The position numbers and the translations under genes are program-made. Shown piece after piece: positions 1 to 11,953 of a stretch of 38,659 nt of DNA (position 1 is its first letter; each line of letters starts with the position of its first letter). The notes below the pieces were generated by a model. That model saw only the letters and a program-made list of their open reading frames with translations, did no database searches and was not told the origin of the DNA. The stretch is from the NCBI RefSeq assembly GCF_001194135.2, contig NC_068995.1, positions 40,514,194 to 40,552,852 on the forward strand, in the 5' to 3' direction. Origin of the DNA: Octopus bimaculoides. Taxonomy: Eukaryota.

Positions 1-1330
1 AGTAGTAGTAGTAATAGTAGTGGTGGTGGTGGTGGCGGTGGTGGTAGTAGTAGTCGAGGTTGTTTCTTGGCGATTGCAGCCACGGAACAGAAGCATTAGA
101 GTTGGTGTGGCGTGGCGGTGGTCATGACGATGTTGGTGGTGCTGACGATAGTAGTACTGGTGATGATGGTGATTATCGGAGATGGTGGTGGTAGAGGTAG
201 CAGTGACGGTGGTGGCGTTTGGGGTCATGGTGGTGTTGATAGTTGCGGTGATAGCGAGGGTGGAGACAGTTGTAGAGGATGATAGTGATAACAGTAGTGA
301 AGTCATAATTATGATAGCGATGGATACGACGACGATGATGATGATGATGATGATGATGACGACGACGACGACGNNNNNNNNNNNNNNNNNNNNNNNNNNN
401 NNNNNNNNNNNNNNNNNNNNNNNNNNNNNNNNNNNNNNNNNNNNNNNNNNNNNNNNNNNNNNNNNNNNNNNNNNNNNNNNNNNNNNNNNNNNNNNNNNNN
501 NNNNNNNNNNNNNNNNNNNNNNNNNNNNNNNNNNNNNNNNNNNNNNNNNNNNNNNNNNNNNNNNNNNNNNNNNNNNNNNNNNNNNNNNNNNNNNNNNNNN
601 NNNNNNNNNNNNNNNNNNNNNNNNNNNNNNNNNNNNNNNNNNNNNNNNNNNNNNNNNNNNNNNNNNNNNNNNNNNNNNNNNNNNNNNNNNNNNNNNNNNN
701 NNNNNNNNNNNNNNNNNNNNNNNNNNNNNNNNNNNNNNNNNNNNNNNNNNNNNNNNNNNNNNNNNNNNNNNNNNNNNNNNNNNNNNNNNNNNNNNNNNNN
801 NNNNNNNNNNNNNNNNNNNNNNNNNNNNNNNNNNNNNNNNNNNNNNNNNNNNNNNNNNNNNNNNNNNNNNNNNNNNNNNNNNNNNNNNNNNNNNNNNNNN
901 NNNNNNNNNNNNNNNNNNNNNNNNNNNNNNNNNNNNNNNNNNNNNNNNNNNNNNNNNNNATGGTGATGATGGTGGTGGTGGTGGTGGGGATGGTGATGAT
1001 GATGGTGGTGGAGGTAGTGGTGGTGATGATGATGGTGGTGGAGGTAGTGGTGGTGATGATGGTGGTGGTGATGATGATGGTGGTGGTGGTGGTGGTAGTG
1101 GTGATGGTAGTGGTGGTGGTAGTGTTGATAATTGTGGTTGTAGTGGTGATGATGATGATGGTGGTGGAGGTAGTGGTGGTGATGATGGTGGTGATGGCAG
1201 TAGTGGTGGTAGTGGTAGTGGTGGTGATGGCAGTTGTATTGATGGTGATGATAATGGTGTTGGTGATGGTTTCTGTTGTTGCTGCTGCTGCTGCCGCTGT
1301 TGCTGCTGAATGATGGTGATAGTGATGCTG
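1..1330. repeat. Compound trinucleotide low-complexity tract (TGG/TGA/TAG/CGA), interrupted by an N gap at 374-959
   Basis: Runs of tggtgg, gatgat, tagtag and gacgac; the ORFs here are homopolymeric T/H/G/D/V translations. Confidence 0.95.
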
Positions 1331-1494
1331 GTGATAATGGCATGACATCAACACTTGCTGGGCCATAAATCCTACAGATGCATGACATTATCACGTAAGA
1401 TTTATATAAGATATAAATCTAGACGTTGGTAAAGAGAGATAAATCAATTCTGCCTCGCTAAAAACTGTTTCTGGAATAACATTTCATGTATCAG

Positions 1495-1645
1495 GCGCAG
1501 ACCGTTAATGTGTAGTCTATAAGTTCTCTGCACAACCTTGTGGTACCAGGTTCGATCCTTCAACGCAGCACTTTGAGCAATTAGTTTCTACACCTACCCC
1601 AAGTTGGCAAATACCTCATGTGTAGAATTTGGTTGACGGAAACTG
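1495..1645 (+). mobile_element. Degraded 5' part of SINE family A
   Basis: ggtaccaggttcgatcc (B-box-like) ... gaatttggttgacggaaactg matches the head of the copy at 4958-5120. Confidence 0.6.
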
Positions 1646-2150
1646 TGCAAGAAACTCTGAAAGAGCATCTGCAGTGATTTTGGAAGAGTATTTTTACATG
1701 TCCTAAGAGAACAGTTGGGAGTACATCTCGGCCCGTTGCTGAGTTTGATCTCATTTCATCAATGGCCGATATTACATCCTCTTCTGTTATGTTGATGTAA
1801 TCGATGGTTGCCTCTTTTCCGAAAACTCCTTCGAAAACCCTTGAAAAACTCCTTCGGCTTGTTTATCTGCATATTTTCCAATGGGGAAGTGAAAACACTT
1901 CGGAATTGTTTATTTGGTGCTTCACTTATCTTCCCCTGGTCTGCAGTTAGTGACCTGTTTTTACCAAATAGTGGCCCTATCTTTTAGCGTACTGAGGCAG
2001 ACACCTTCAGGATATCTTTTTATATTTTCGACTGCCCTGGTTTCTCTTTCTTCTCTTTCTTTTTCATGGGAGATTTTGAGGTTTATTTTCTATCTCGAAG
2101 AGTTCCTCTGTCAGGTGGGATTTAACTTTGGCGTCGATGTTGCCACAGCT
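1646..2150 (-). mobile_element. Decayed LINE ORF2 fragment (CR1/Jockey-like; region between endonuclease and RT)
   Basis: Minus-strand translation with frameshifts: ISHEKEREERETRAVENIK ... KISEAPNKQFRSVFTSPLENMQINKP ... IDYINITEEDVISAIDEMRSNSATGRD ... LQMLFQSFL. This resembles the 'SVFT...I...DV..AI..M..NSA.GPD' segment preceding LINE RT domains. Confidence 0.7.
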
Positions 2151-2184
2151 TCCTGTGTGAGGTTTCTCACAGGTAGTGTCATAG

Positions 2185-2460
2185 TCACTGAAGCAAATAA
2201 AATAATAAAAGAATATATGCGTCCTGCCCAACTCTTCGAAACGCCGGTGTTAAAACAGGGGCAGCTGATGAAGGAAAATGTTCTTTATGTGGCTTGTGCG
2301 TTTTCTGTGCTCTGGTTATTATTATTTTCTTGTCTACGTTTTGTTTGCAATGTCCTGTACCCAGATATGCACCTATATATACAGATAGACGTAGGTATGC
2401 ACATACCTGTACGTATATATGCATATACTCATTTATTATTTGTTTATATATATATATATA
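2185..2460 (+). repeat. Interspersed repeat with hammerhead-like half motifs (putative Penelope-like terminal repeat)
   Basis: GAAAC at 2238, CTGATGAAG at 2265, then gtctacgttttg...gtcctgtacc...atatgc; same layout as 30600-30850 and partly 18901-19004. Confidence 0.45.
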
Positions 2461-2778
2461 TATATGGGAGAATATATATANNNNNNNNNNNNNNNNNNNN
2501 NNNNNNNNNNNNNNNNNNNNNNNNNNNNNNNNNNNNNNNNNNNNNNNNNNNNNNNNNNNNNNNNNNNNNNNNNNNNNNNNNNNNNNNNNNNNNNNNNNNN
2601 NNNNNNNNNNNNNNNNNNNNNNNNNNNNNNNNNNNNNNNNNNNNNNNNNNNNNNNNNNNNNNNNNNNNNNNNNNNNNNNNNNNNNNNNNNNNNNNNNNNN
2701 NNNNNNNNNNNNNNNNNNNNNNNNNNNNNNNNNNNNNNNNNNNNNNNNNNNNNNNNNNNNNNNNNNNNNNNNNNNNNN

Positions 2779-2812
<34 letters not shown>

Positions 2813-2998
2813 GTATACACTTAGTAACGCACACTTATATAATAGGATATGGTTTTATGGTTGGAGGGACGTGGTACCAACGATATGGTACATAAACGTT
2901 ACATGACTATATACTCTGTTTAAATTTCTGGAGAGTTAAAACAAAGCGGTTTAAGTGAAGCATGATGCCGTAGGAGAATACAAGACACCTTGCTTGTC

Positions 2999-2999
2999 T

Positions 3000-3034
<35 letters not shown>

Positions 3035-3083
3035 TTCAATTATTTATTCAGTCATACTATTTATCTATTTATCTATTTATCTA
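2999..3083. repeat. (TTTA)n/(TCTA)n microsatellite
   Basis: Direct reading. Confidence 0.9.
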
Positions 3084-3600
3084 TTTTCCACTTGATTATT
3101 TTTTATTTGTCATGTTCTGCTTGACAGGTGTTTTATCAAAACAGTCGTTAAAAATTAATTTCTCATCACAAGACATAAAATTTTCTTACTATCCAAGAAT
3201 GTTTTGTGAAGTTTATCACCATCCATACCGTTATTTATAAAGTTGTCAATTTTGCTTCGTATTATTGTTGTTTTTTTTAACAATTTGAAGGAAATTATTC
3301 AAGACCGATGAAATTATCTTTAGTTGTTGCTTTCAAAAAAAAGAAGCTATTAAAGATATTTAGGAGGAAGTCATAATTAATAAAAGTTCATAAAAGTAAG
3401 TGCAAGGTGTAACGCGAGCGCGTAATGCGAGGTGACAAGAATGGCTCGTTTGATAAATCACACGGTCGATACAATAAATATATATATTGAATGGTACGTA
3501 TAAGTGCCACAAGGAAAAAAAGAGACAACCGCGTAGAAAGATTAAGAGAAAATTTATTGATATGTTATCATGTGTGTATGTGTATGCATCATGTATACAG

Positions 3601-3988
3601 TGGAGGTGCAATGGCCCAGTAGTTAGGGCAGCGGACTCGCGGTCATAGGATAGCGGTTTCGATTCCCAGACCGGGCGTTGTGAGTGTTTATTGGGCGAAA
3701 ACACCTAAAGCTCCACGAGGCTCCGACAGGGGATGGTGGCAAACCCTGCTGTACTCTTCCACCACAACTTTCTCTCACTCTTACTTCCTGTTTCTGTTGT
3801 GCCTGTAATTCAAAGGGTCAGCCTTGTCACACTGTGTCACGCTGAATATCCCCGAGAACAACGTTAAGGGTACACGTGTCTGTGGAGTGCTCAGCCACTT
3901 GCACGTTAATTTCACGAGCAGGCTGTTCCGTTGATCGGATCAACTGGAACCCTCTACGTCGTAAGGGACGGAGTGCCAACAACAACAA
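3601..3988 (+). mobile_element. Full-length tRNA-derived SINE, family B, with (AAC)n tail and TSD
   Basis: A box tggcccagtag (3612), B box ggtttcgattcc (3655), (aac)n tail; flanks catgtatac(a/t)g at 3590 and 3989; near-identical reverse copy at 36445-36836. Confidence 0.9.
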
Positions 3989-4957
3989 CATGTATACTGA
4001 ATAATAGACAGGCCGTCATGAGAACAAAGATGTTTGTGCATATGAGCATAGATGTATGCGCGTGTTCGAAACATAGAAGAATGGTAATGAAGAGAAACAG
4101 CGAAAGAGTCTATAGCCATCGAAGTGAGAAGTAAGTTCATGTATGAAAAAGAATACTAGTTCGTAGTCAAAGGTACACGGCAGTTGAAATACTGTACCAA
4201 GAAGTCGCGGCCATGATGCTAAGGCGGTTACTGGTACAGGTCGTACGTGAATTTGTGGTTGTGTTGATGCTGACTGGGTCACTTGATACAGCAGTTCATG
4301 CAGGTTGTACATTCGCTGTTGATCCATGGTGAAGTAATTCACGAACAGTAAAGTGTGGGAACTTGAGTGAGTTGCTTGCTGAAGTGTGTACGTAGAGAGA
4401 TGATGTTGACGACGTTAAGGATATGATAGTGGCGACGAAGACGGCGGTTGCCTTAATGCCGTTGGATGAAGTTAGTAAGTTCTCAACGTGGCTGCTGTGA
4501 TGGAGCTGTTGTCTGGAGGGGTCGCTGGCGTTTCAGCCATGACCATCTCGTCTTTTCTTTAAAGATATCCACGTTATTTTCCCCCTTGTAAGATATTGAA
4601 TGTTATTGTTGTCGTTGTTATGGATTTTTTACCCCTAATCATCTCTGATAAATACAAGTTTACAATCACAGCATCCTAACGGTAACCGTTCCGTCATTTG
4701 GAGACGAGGATATGTAAGATGGCATTGACTAAGCCTTCCGCCGCTTTCAAGGCGGTATGATGAGGATAATGTAGTTGCTATTTCTATTGAGTGGACTCAT
4801 CCCATAGAAGTTCTACGATGCTGGAGGCGCTGTTAGAGTTGCTAGTGGTGACAATATTGATCAGACCCAAACCAGCCATGATGTGGCAGACTTATAATCA
4901 AAGACGTTCCAGCTATAACCATTACGTTTTTATTTTATTTTTTTTCATTCATAACAG

Positions 4958-5136
4958 GGCGTAGGAGTGGCTGTGTGGTAAGTAGCTTGCTTACGAACCA
5001 CATGGTTCCAGGTTCAGTCCCACTGCGTGGCACCTTGGGCAAGTGTCTTCTACTATAGCCTCAGGCCGACCAAACCTTTGTGAGTGGATTTGGTAGACGG
5101 AAACTGAAAGACGCCCGTCGTATATATGTATGTATA

Positions 5137-5224
<88 letters not shown>

Positions 5225-5418
5225 TGCCCCCAACATCGCTTGACAACCGATGCTGGTGCGTTTACGTCCCCGTAACTTAGCGGTTCGGTAAAAGAGACCG
5301 ATAGAATAAGTACTAGGCTTACATAGAATAAGTTCTGGGGTCGATTTGCTCGACTAAAAGGCGGTGCTCCAGCATGGCCACGGTCAAATGACTGAAACAA
5401 GTAAAAGAGTAAAAGAGA
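4958..5418 (+). mobile_element. Full-length tRNA-derived SINE, family A, with an internal (GT)n microsatellite
   Basis: tggctgtgtggt A-box-like and ggttcagtccc B-box-like motifs; internal TA/GT tract at about 5120-5220; 3' part ending gtaaaagagtaaaagag; homologous copies at 13331, 19151, 20258 and 8705. Confidence 0.9.
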
Positions 5419-5979
5419 GATATCTAAAACTATATTATCTACACACAATTTTCTTTTTCTGAAAAAGAGTAGATTTAGCTGCTATTTCTACCAATTCAAA
5501 TGACCATAAACAAGTCACCTGATTGTTTCGGATCAGCAACTCTTGTAATACAATATCGTCTGTGTGATGTTATCTTTACCAGCCAAGGCCCTTCATCCCT
5601 CTGGGTACTATATTATCACCAAACGCCATCCCCCTTTTCAACGTACTTTTGGCAGATGAAACACTGCCTACTGCAGCCATTGTTGTTGTTCTTGCTCTTT
5701 GCGTTTGTTGTTGTTGCTATACTATAATGTCTTCTCTGATGCAGATGGCTTTGCTCTCGGTAATTAGTCGTGTAGTGTGATTACTGAGGCAAGAATTTCC
5801 TCACCTGCTATCAGCCTGTTTTCTTTCATATCAAACATATCTACATATACATCTACACATGCCAGAAAATCGCACACACGCACACATACACACGTATATA
5901 CGTATGTACCTCATGTCACCACAGACAAGCTATACTAGGATACACTTACACATACATAAGTACATACGTACATGTATAA

Positions 5980-5982
5980 ATT

Positions 5983-6036
<54 letters not shown>

Positions 6037-6059
6037 TACAAACACTTATATATGCATAC

Positions 6060-6090
<31 letters not shown>

Positions 6091-6740
6091 AACGCACATA
6101 CACATAAATATATATAATATATATNNNNNNNNNNNNNNNNNNNNNNNNNNNNNNNNNNNNNNNNNNNNNNNNNNNNNNNNNNNNNNNNNNNNNNNNNNNN
6201 NNNNNNNNNNNNNNNNNNNNNNNNNNNNNNNNNNNNNNNNNNNNNNNNNNNNNNNNNNNNNNNNNNNNNNNNNNNNNNNNNNNNNNNNNNNNNNNNNNNN
6301 NNNNNNNNNNNNNNNNNNNNNNNNNNNNNNNNNNNNNNNNNNNNNNNNNNNNNNNNNNNNNNNNNNNNNNNNNNNNNNNNNNNNNNNNNNNNNNNNNNNN
6401 NNNNNNNNNNNNNNNNNNNNNNNNNNNNNNNNNNNNNNNNNNNNNNNNNNNNNNNNNNNNNNNNNNNNNNNNNNNNNNNNNNNNNNNNNNNNNNNNNNNN
6501 NNNNNNNNNNNNNNNNNNNNNNNNNNNNNNNNNNNNNNNNNNNNNNNNNNNNNNNNNATATATATATATATATAATATATAATATATATAATATGTAATA
6601 TATATATATATATTATATATATAATATATGATATATAATATATATAAAATATATAATATATATAATATATATAATATATATATAAAATGATATATATATA
6701 ATATACATATACATACATATACATATACATACATATACAT

Positions 6741-6781
<41 letters not shown>
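5980..6781. repeat. Compound (TA)n/(CA)n/(TATAA)n microsatellite around a gap
   Basis: Direct reading; N gap at 6125-6557. Confidence 0.95.
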
Positions 6782-6782
<1 letters not shown>

Positions 6783-6918
6783 AAATTTGTCTATCCAATA
6801 TCACACAATGCACACACGCAGGTGAATGTGTCTGTGTCTGTGTATGTGTGTGAGTATGTATTGGTTTCTTTGTGTGTGTGTGCGCGTGTATATTAGTATG
6901 TGTATTTGTGGGTGTGAG

Positions 6919-6954
<36 letters not shown>

Positions 6955-7678
6955 TGTATGAGTGTGTGATACAACATACACCGTAACGATTTCACAACGA
7001 GTCTATACCTATCTATGAACATAAGGAGAAATAGTAGACAAGTAAATATATATTTTTTATGTTGGACCTCGCTTCTGATCAAATGCGGTTCGGTTTAAAT
7101 ATAGGACAGCTTAAAAGACTCATGTATTTTTTTTCTTCACGGCTTATTAATCCCTTCTTTGTATGTACTGGTTGTTGCTGGCGGCCAGCTTTCTGGATAC
7201 AATACATACATGCTAACATTGGTGTAAAGATTAGACACACGACTGTACTTAAGCAAACATTTGTACAGACACACAAGCACAAACAAATATCAATATATAT
7301 GTGCGTAAGAGCGCACATATATATATATATATACATATTTATGTTTGTGTATGTGTGTGTTGTGTGTGTTTCTGTGCTTAATGTATANNNNNNNNNNNNN
7401 NNNNNNNNNNNNNNNNNNNNNNNNNNNNNNNNNNNNNNNNNNNNNNNNNNNNNNNNNNNNNNNNNNNNNNNNNNNNNNNNNNNNNNNNNNNNNNNNNNNN
7501 NNNNNNNNNNNNNNNNNNNNNNNNNNNNNNNNNNNNNNNNNNNNNNNNNNNNNNNNNNNNNNNNNNNNNNNNNNNNNNNNNNNNNNNNNNNNNNNNNNNN
7601 NNNNNNNNNNNNNNNNNNNNNNNNNNNNNNNNNNNNNNNNNNNNNNNNNNNNNNNNNNNNNNNNNNNNNNNNNNNNNN

Positions 7679-7709
<31 letters not shown>

Positions 7710-7725
7710 ATATTTGTGTGTATTT

Positions 7726-7760
<35 letters not shown>

Positions 7761-7829
7761 CTACACATACATGTATATGAATACGTAACACATACAACAC
7801 ACAGACACACACGTGTGTGTGTGTGTGTA

Positions 7830-8112
7830 TCTACAATAACGAAGGCGGCTATATGCAGTATAAAACCAAGAAGGAAAAATTCAGTTGTCAATAATTGTGA
7901 CTGTGTGTGCAGGGTAGCAACTACGTTGCTAGAAATAAAACTCAAAGACCCTTAGAGCCGCAGAAAAGCACATGTCTATGCACCGACAGCGGAGATAACT
8001 GCCCCACAGCGAGTGAAATCACCATACTAGCGTAGTTTGGCTTAAAGTTAAAGCTCATCATCGCTGGATGGTTTGGTTAAATCCGTCGGTATTTCGTATT
8101 TAGCATATAAAT
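7830..8112 (-). repeat. Inverted copy of the ~350-bp hammerhead-bearing repeat (ribozyme core disrupted)
   Basis: Its reverse complement aligns to 8268-8516 and to 8113-8235; the core reads cgatgatgagctttaactttaagccaaac (14-nt deletion removing the C of CUGAUGA, and GAAA>CAAA). Confidence 0.8.
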
Positions 8113-8516
8113 TATTTTTCGCAATTTAGGTGCTACCCCAGTTACAATTAGTGTTACCCTCAGTTACCATTAGTGACAATTGAATTTTTCCTTTTTGGTT
8201 TATACTCCGTATAGCCACCTTCGTTTTTTTTCTATAATTTTACCATTACCATTTTGCTGAATCATCCATTGATTCATATGGTAAATACGATATACTGACG
8301 GTCGGATGAAGCCAAACCATCCAGCGATGGAATAGTCACCACTGATGAGCTTTAATTTTAAGCGAAACTATACTAGTATGGTCATCTCGCTTTCTGTGGG
8401 ACGGTTATTTCCCCTGTCGGTGCATAGATATGTGCTTTGAGGCTCTAAGGATCTTTGACTCTTATTTCTAGCAATGTAGGTGCTACCCTGCACACTCAGT
8501 AACAATTACTGACAGT
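8113..8516 (+). repeat. Partial tandem (~1.15 units, period 350 bp) of a hammerhead-bearing repeat
   Basis: taggtgctaccc occurs at 8127 and 8477, with similar flanks (tattt..gcaat.taggtgctaccc...cagt.ac.att..tgaca). Confidence 0.8.
8336..8384 (+). ncRNA. Type I hammerhead ribozyme with intact core
   Basis: Stem I acca(8338-41)/tggt(8379-82); CTGATGA 8342-48; stem II gctt/aagc 8349-63; GAAA 8364-67; stem III acta/tagt with a tac loop; GUA cleavage triplet 8376-78. Confidence 0.85.
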
Positions 8517-8519
8517 CGT

Positions 8520-8631
<112 letters not shown>

Positions 8632-8704
8632 ATACTTAGTCCTAGAATGGAGATGGTGGTATTACATTTATTCCTTCCTTACAACATTATGGCTGTGTGA
8701 AGGC

Positions 8705-8940
8705 ACAGGCGAGGTCTTGTGGTAAATAGTTTGCTTCTCAGTCACTTGGCGCGTGTCTTTGTCTTTCTCTCTGTTTCCCCCATCGGTTGTCGCCCGGAGT
8801 TGGTTTGTTTACGTCCCGATTCGGTGGAAGAGTCCGATGAGTACCGGAGTTCAGAGAATATATACTGGAGTCAATTTGTTCGACTATAACCCTTCAAGGC
8901 TGTGCACCAGCATGGCTGTAATCCAATGACAAATAAAAAA
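8705..8940 (+). mobile_element. Degraded, internally deleted SINE family A
   Basis: tgtggtaaatagtttgctt head; gtttacgtccc...ctggagtcaatttgttcgact...ccagcatggc 3' part. Confidence 0.65.
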
Positions 8941-9019
8941 TACAAGAAAAATATACACACAAGCACGCACATGCATACACACATATACACACGCACAGAC
9001 ATGAATGTATCTTTTAACG

Positions 9020-9190
9020 TTTTTGCTTCTTTCGGTCATAAGACTGCGGCCATGATAGAACACCAGCTTGAAGTATTTCGTTAAACAATTCGACCTCAGC
9101 ACTTTTAAATCTTGTACTTCTTCTATCGCCCTCTTATTGCCGAACTGTTACGTTACAGGAATATAAACAAGCCAGCGCTAGTTGTCAAGT
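9020..9190 (-). mobile_element. SINE family A 3' fragment
   Basis: Reverse complement matches cttgacaac...cggcaataagag.gcgatagaag...gtcgaattg...catggccgcagtc. Confidence 0.6.
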
Positions 9191-10151
9191 ACATCTATCC
9201 AGCACATCTATCTATCTATCTTTTTTTTTTCTCGATCCCTTTTGATCGAACTCCTCCCGTAGATTTCAAAAGTCAAATTCGTTTCTCCCGAGGATTCGCC
9301 GTTTTAGAGCCTTTTGATCCTAAATACACTACATAACCACATACACTCGCTTTTATATAGGAGAACATATATATACTTTATATTTCTTACGTTTGTATGT
9401 TGTATGTTTGCAAGTTAGTTGGCGTTTATGAGTTAAATACATATTCATGGTAGCATATGTGCTTGCATGTGTGGGCGCGAACGCTAGTGTCTATATTTGT
9501 CTGTATACGGAGAATTTCCGTTAATACACTGAACTGCACTAAACTTTACTTATAATTATACAGATCACACTTGTACATATATTTACATACATATACGATG
9601 ACTGTCCACTCGTGACCGAAGAAAATCATCACTGACCATTTACAACACACACACACACACATACACACACACACATACACACACACATGTATATATATAC
9701 GCATTCGTACATAAGCATAGATACTTATAGATATATACTTGCATTCATATATTCGTACACACATACGTTCATATATACTTACAAATATATACAAACATAT
9801 ACATATATATATACATGTGCACATACATACATAAACAAGCATATACATACGCATACATTTGTATACATGCATCTATACATATACATACGTATAAGCATAC
9901 GTACATGCCTATAATATTGAACATCTACAAACATATGTCAGACATATTGAGACTTAGTAACCTTACCATTCCAATCTCGAAAAAGATGGCTTCATATAAA
10001 TGGAATGACAACTTCCGGTTAATTAAGTGAGATTCCTCTAAAATATCAGTTGACGTGTTCTTACCGAATAGCAACTAACATTTACCAAACATGTCAACAA
10101 AAGATACATCATATCTAAACATATTCTATCTTACTCTTCTCTTATTTCAAC

Positions 10152-10202
<51 letters not shown>

Positions 10203-11065
10203 NNNNNNNNNNNNNNNNNNNNNNNNNNNNNNNNNNNNNNNNNNNNNNNNNNNNNNNNNNNNNNNNNNNNNNNNNNNNNNNNNNNNNNNNNNNNNNNNNN
10301 NNNNNNNNNNNNNNNNNNNNNNNNNNNNNNNNNNNNNNNNNNNNNNNNNNNNNNNNNNNNNNNNNNNNNNNNNNNNNNNNNNNNNNNNNNNNNNNNNNNN
10401 NNNNNNNNNNNNNNNNNNNNNNNNNNNNNNNNNNNNNNNNNNNNNNNNNNNNNNNNNNNNNNNNNNNNNNNNNNNNNNNNNNNNNNNNNNNNNNNNNNNN
10501 NNNNNNNNNNNNNNNNNNNNNNNNNNNNNNNNNNNNNNNNNNNNNNNNNNNNNNNNNNNNNNNNNNNNNNNNNNNNNNNNNNNNNNNNNNNNNNNNNNNN
10601 NNNNNNNNNNNNNNNNNNNNNNNNNNNNNNNNNNNNNNNNNNNNNNNNNNNNNNNNNNNNNNNNNNNNNNNNNNNNNNNNNNNNNNNNNNNNNNNNNNNN
10701 NNNNNNNNNNNNNNNNNNNNNNNNNNNNNNNNNNNNNNNNNNNNNNNNNNNNNNNNNNNNNNNNNNNNNNNNNNNNNNNNNNNNNNNNNNNNNNNNNNNN
10801 NNNNNNNNNNNNNNNNNNNNNNNNNNNNNNNNNNNNNNNNNNNNNNNNNNNNNNNNNNNNNNNNNNNNNNNNNNNNNNNNNNNNNNNNNNNNNNNNNNNN
10901 NNNNNNNNNNNNNNNNNNNNNNNNNNNNNNNNNNNNNNNNNNNNNNNNNNNNNNNNNNNNNNNNNNNNNNNNNNNNNATATATATTAAATATATACTTTT
11001 ATAAAACAAATTTTACAAAATATATGCATTGATTTTGAGCTCTATCCTTTAAGAGACATGTATAC

Positions 11066-11116
<51 letters not shown>

Positions 11117-11194
11117 CATACATACATACATATACATGTGTGTGTATATGTATGTCTGTATGCTACGTCTGATTACATAAGATATAATTGATAA

Positions 11195-11700
11195 ATGGAA
11201 GGTGCATTCTTGAAGTTTTGAGACTTATTCAGGAAAGACATCCATTAATTTCTAAGAAGTACAAAACACTAAGCTCCTTCAAAAGTAAGATCCTTTGATT
11301 TCAATGCACTTGTAGTACTCCTGCCACTTCGTGTAGGCCCCGTGGAAGTCCAAAGTAAATGTGACCAGGATCTTTGTTATAACATCTTTCATCTTCTCAA
11401 TGTCTTCAAAACAACTTCCCCTGAGGCTCTCCTTAAGCTTGAGGAACAACCAAAAGTCACAGCAAGCTGGGTCTGGACTGTATGGAGTGCGGGGAATAGT
11501 TTGACGCCTGTCTCTGTCAAGTAGTCGGTTACCAGGATGGAATTGTGGACGGATTCCTTGTCTCGGTGCAAATTCCACCGACCCAACTGGAAGCGTTTTG
11601 TCCTTTTGCAATGAAATATTTTCCTAGACTCTCTCTCAAACCAACAAAAGATGCTCTTTGTTGATCGTCTTGCCAAAGGAACCAAATAGATGTAGATTAT
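11195..11700 (-). mobile_element. Mariner (DD34D) transposon 3' remnant with terminal inverted repeat
   Basis: Frameshifted translation VPL..TINKE...WNLHRDKESVHNSILVTDYLT...PYSPDPACCDFWLFLKLKESLRGSCFEDIE...YKCIEIKGSYF (YSPDLAPxD-type motif); TIR-like ggtgcattcttgaagttttgagact at about 11201-11225. Confidence 0.9.
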
Positions 11701-11908
11701 GCGGCGAGACTGCAGAATCGTTACATCACCGGTATAATTGCGTAGCTGCATTTCGTTCGATTTTATGTTCTGAGTTCACATTCCGCCGGTGTCGACTTTG
11801 CCTTTCATCCTTTCGGGGGTCGATAAAATAAGTACCAGTTGAGTACTGGGGTCGATGACTGACCTTTTCCCCAGAAATTGCTGGCCTTGTATCAAAATTT
11901 GAAATCAA

Positions 11909-11953
<45 letters not shown>
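11701..11953 (+). mobile_element. SINE family C with (ATT)n tail
   Basis: gcagaatcgtta...gagttcacattcc...gtcgactttgcctttcatcctttcggggtcgataaaataagtaccag. Confidence 0.85.

Noticed and set aside
173-1394. Long ORFs on both strands (Thr/His/Gly-Asp-rich)
   Set aside because: Translations of trinucleotide repeats read through a 586-nt gap; open in several frames at once
3601-3680. tRNA-like sequences with A and B boxes (also at 4958, 23191, 23422, 27317 and 36836)
   Set aside because: They continue into SINE bodies and tails and have no complete cloverleaf; SINE heads rather than tRNA genes
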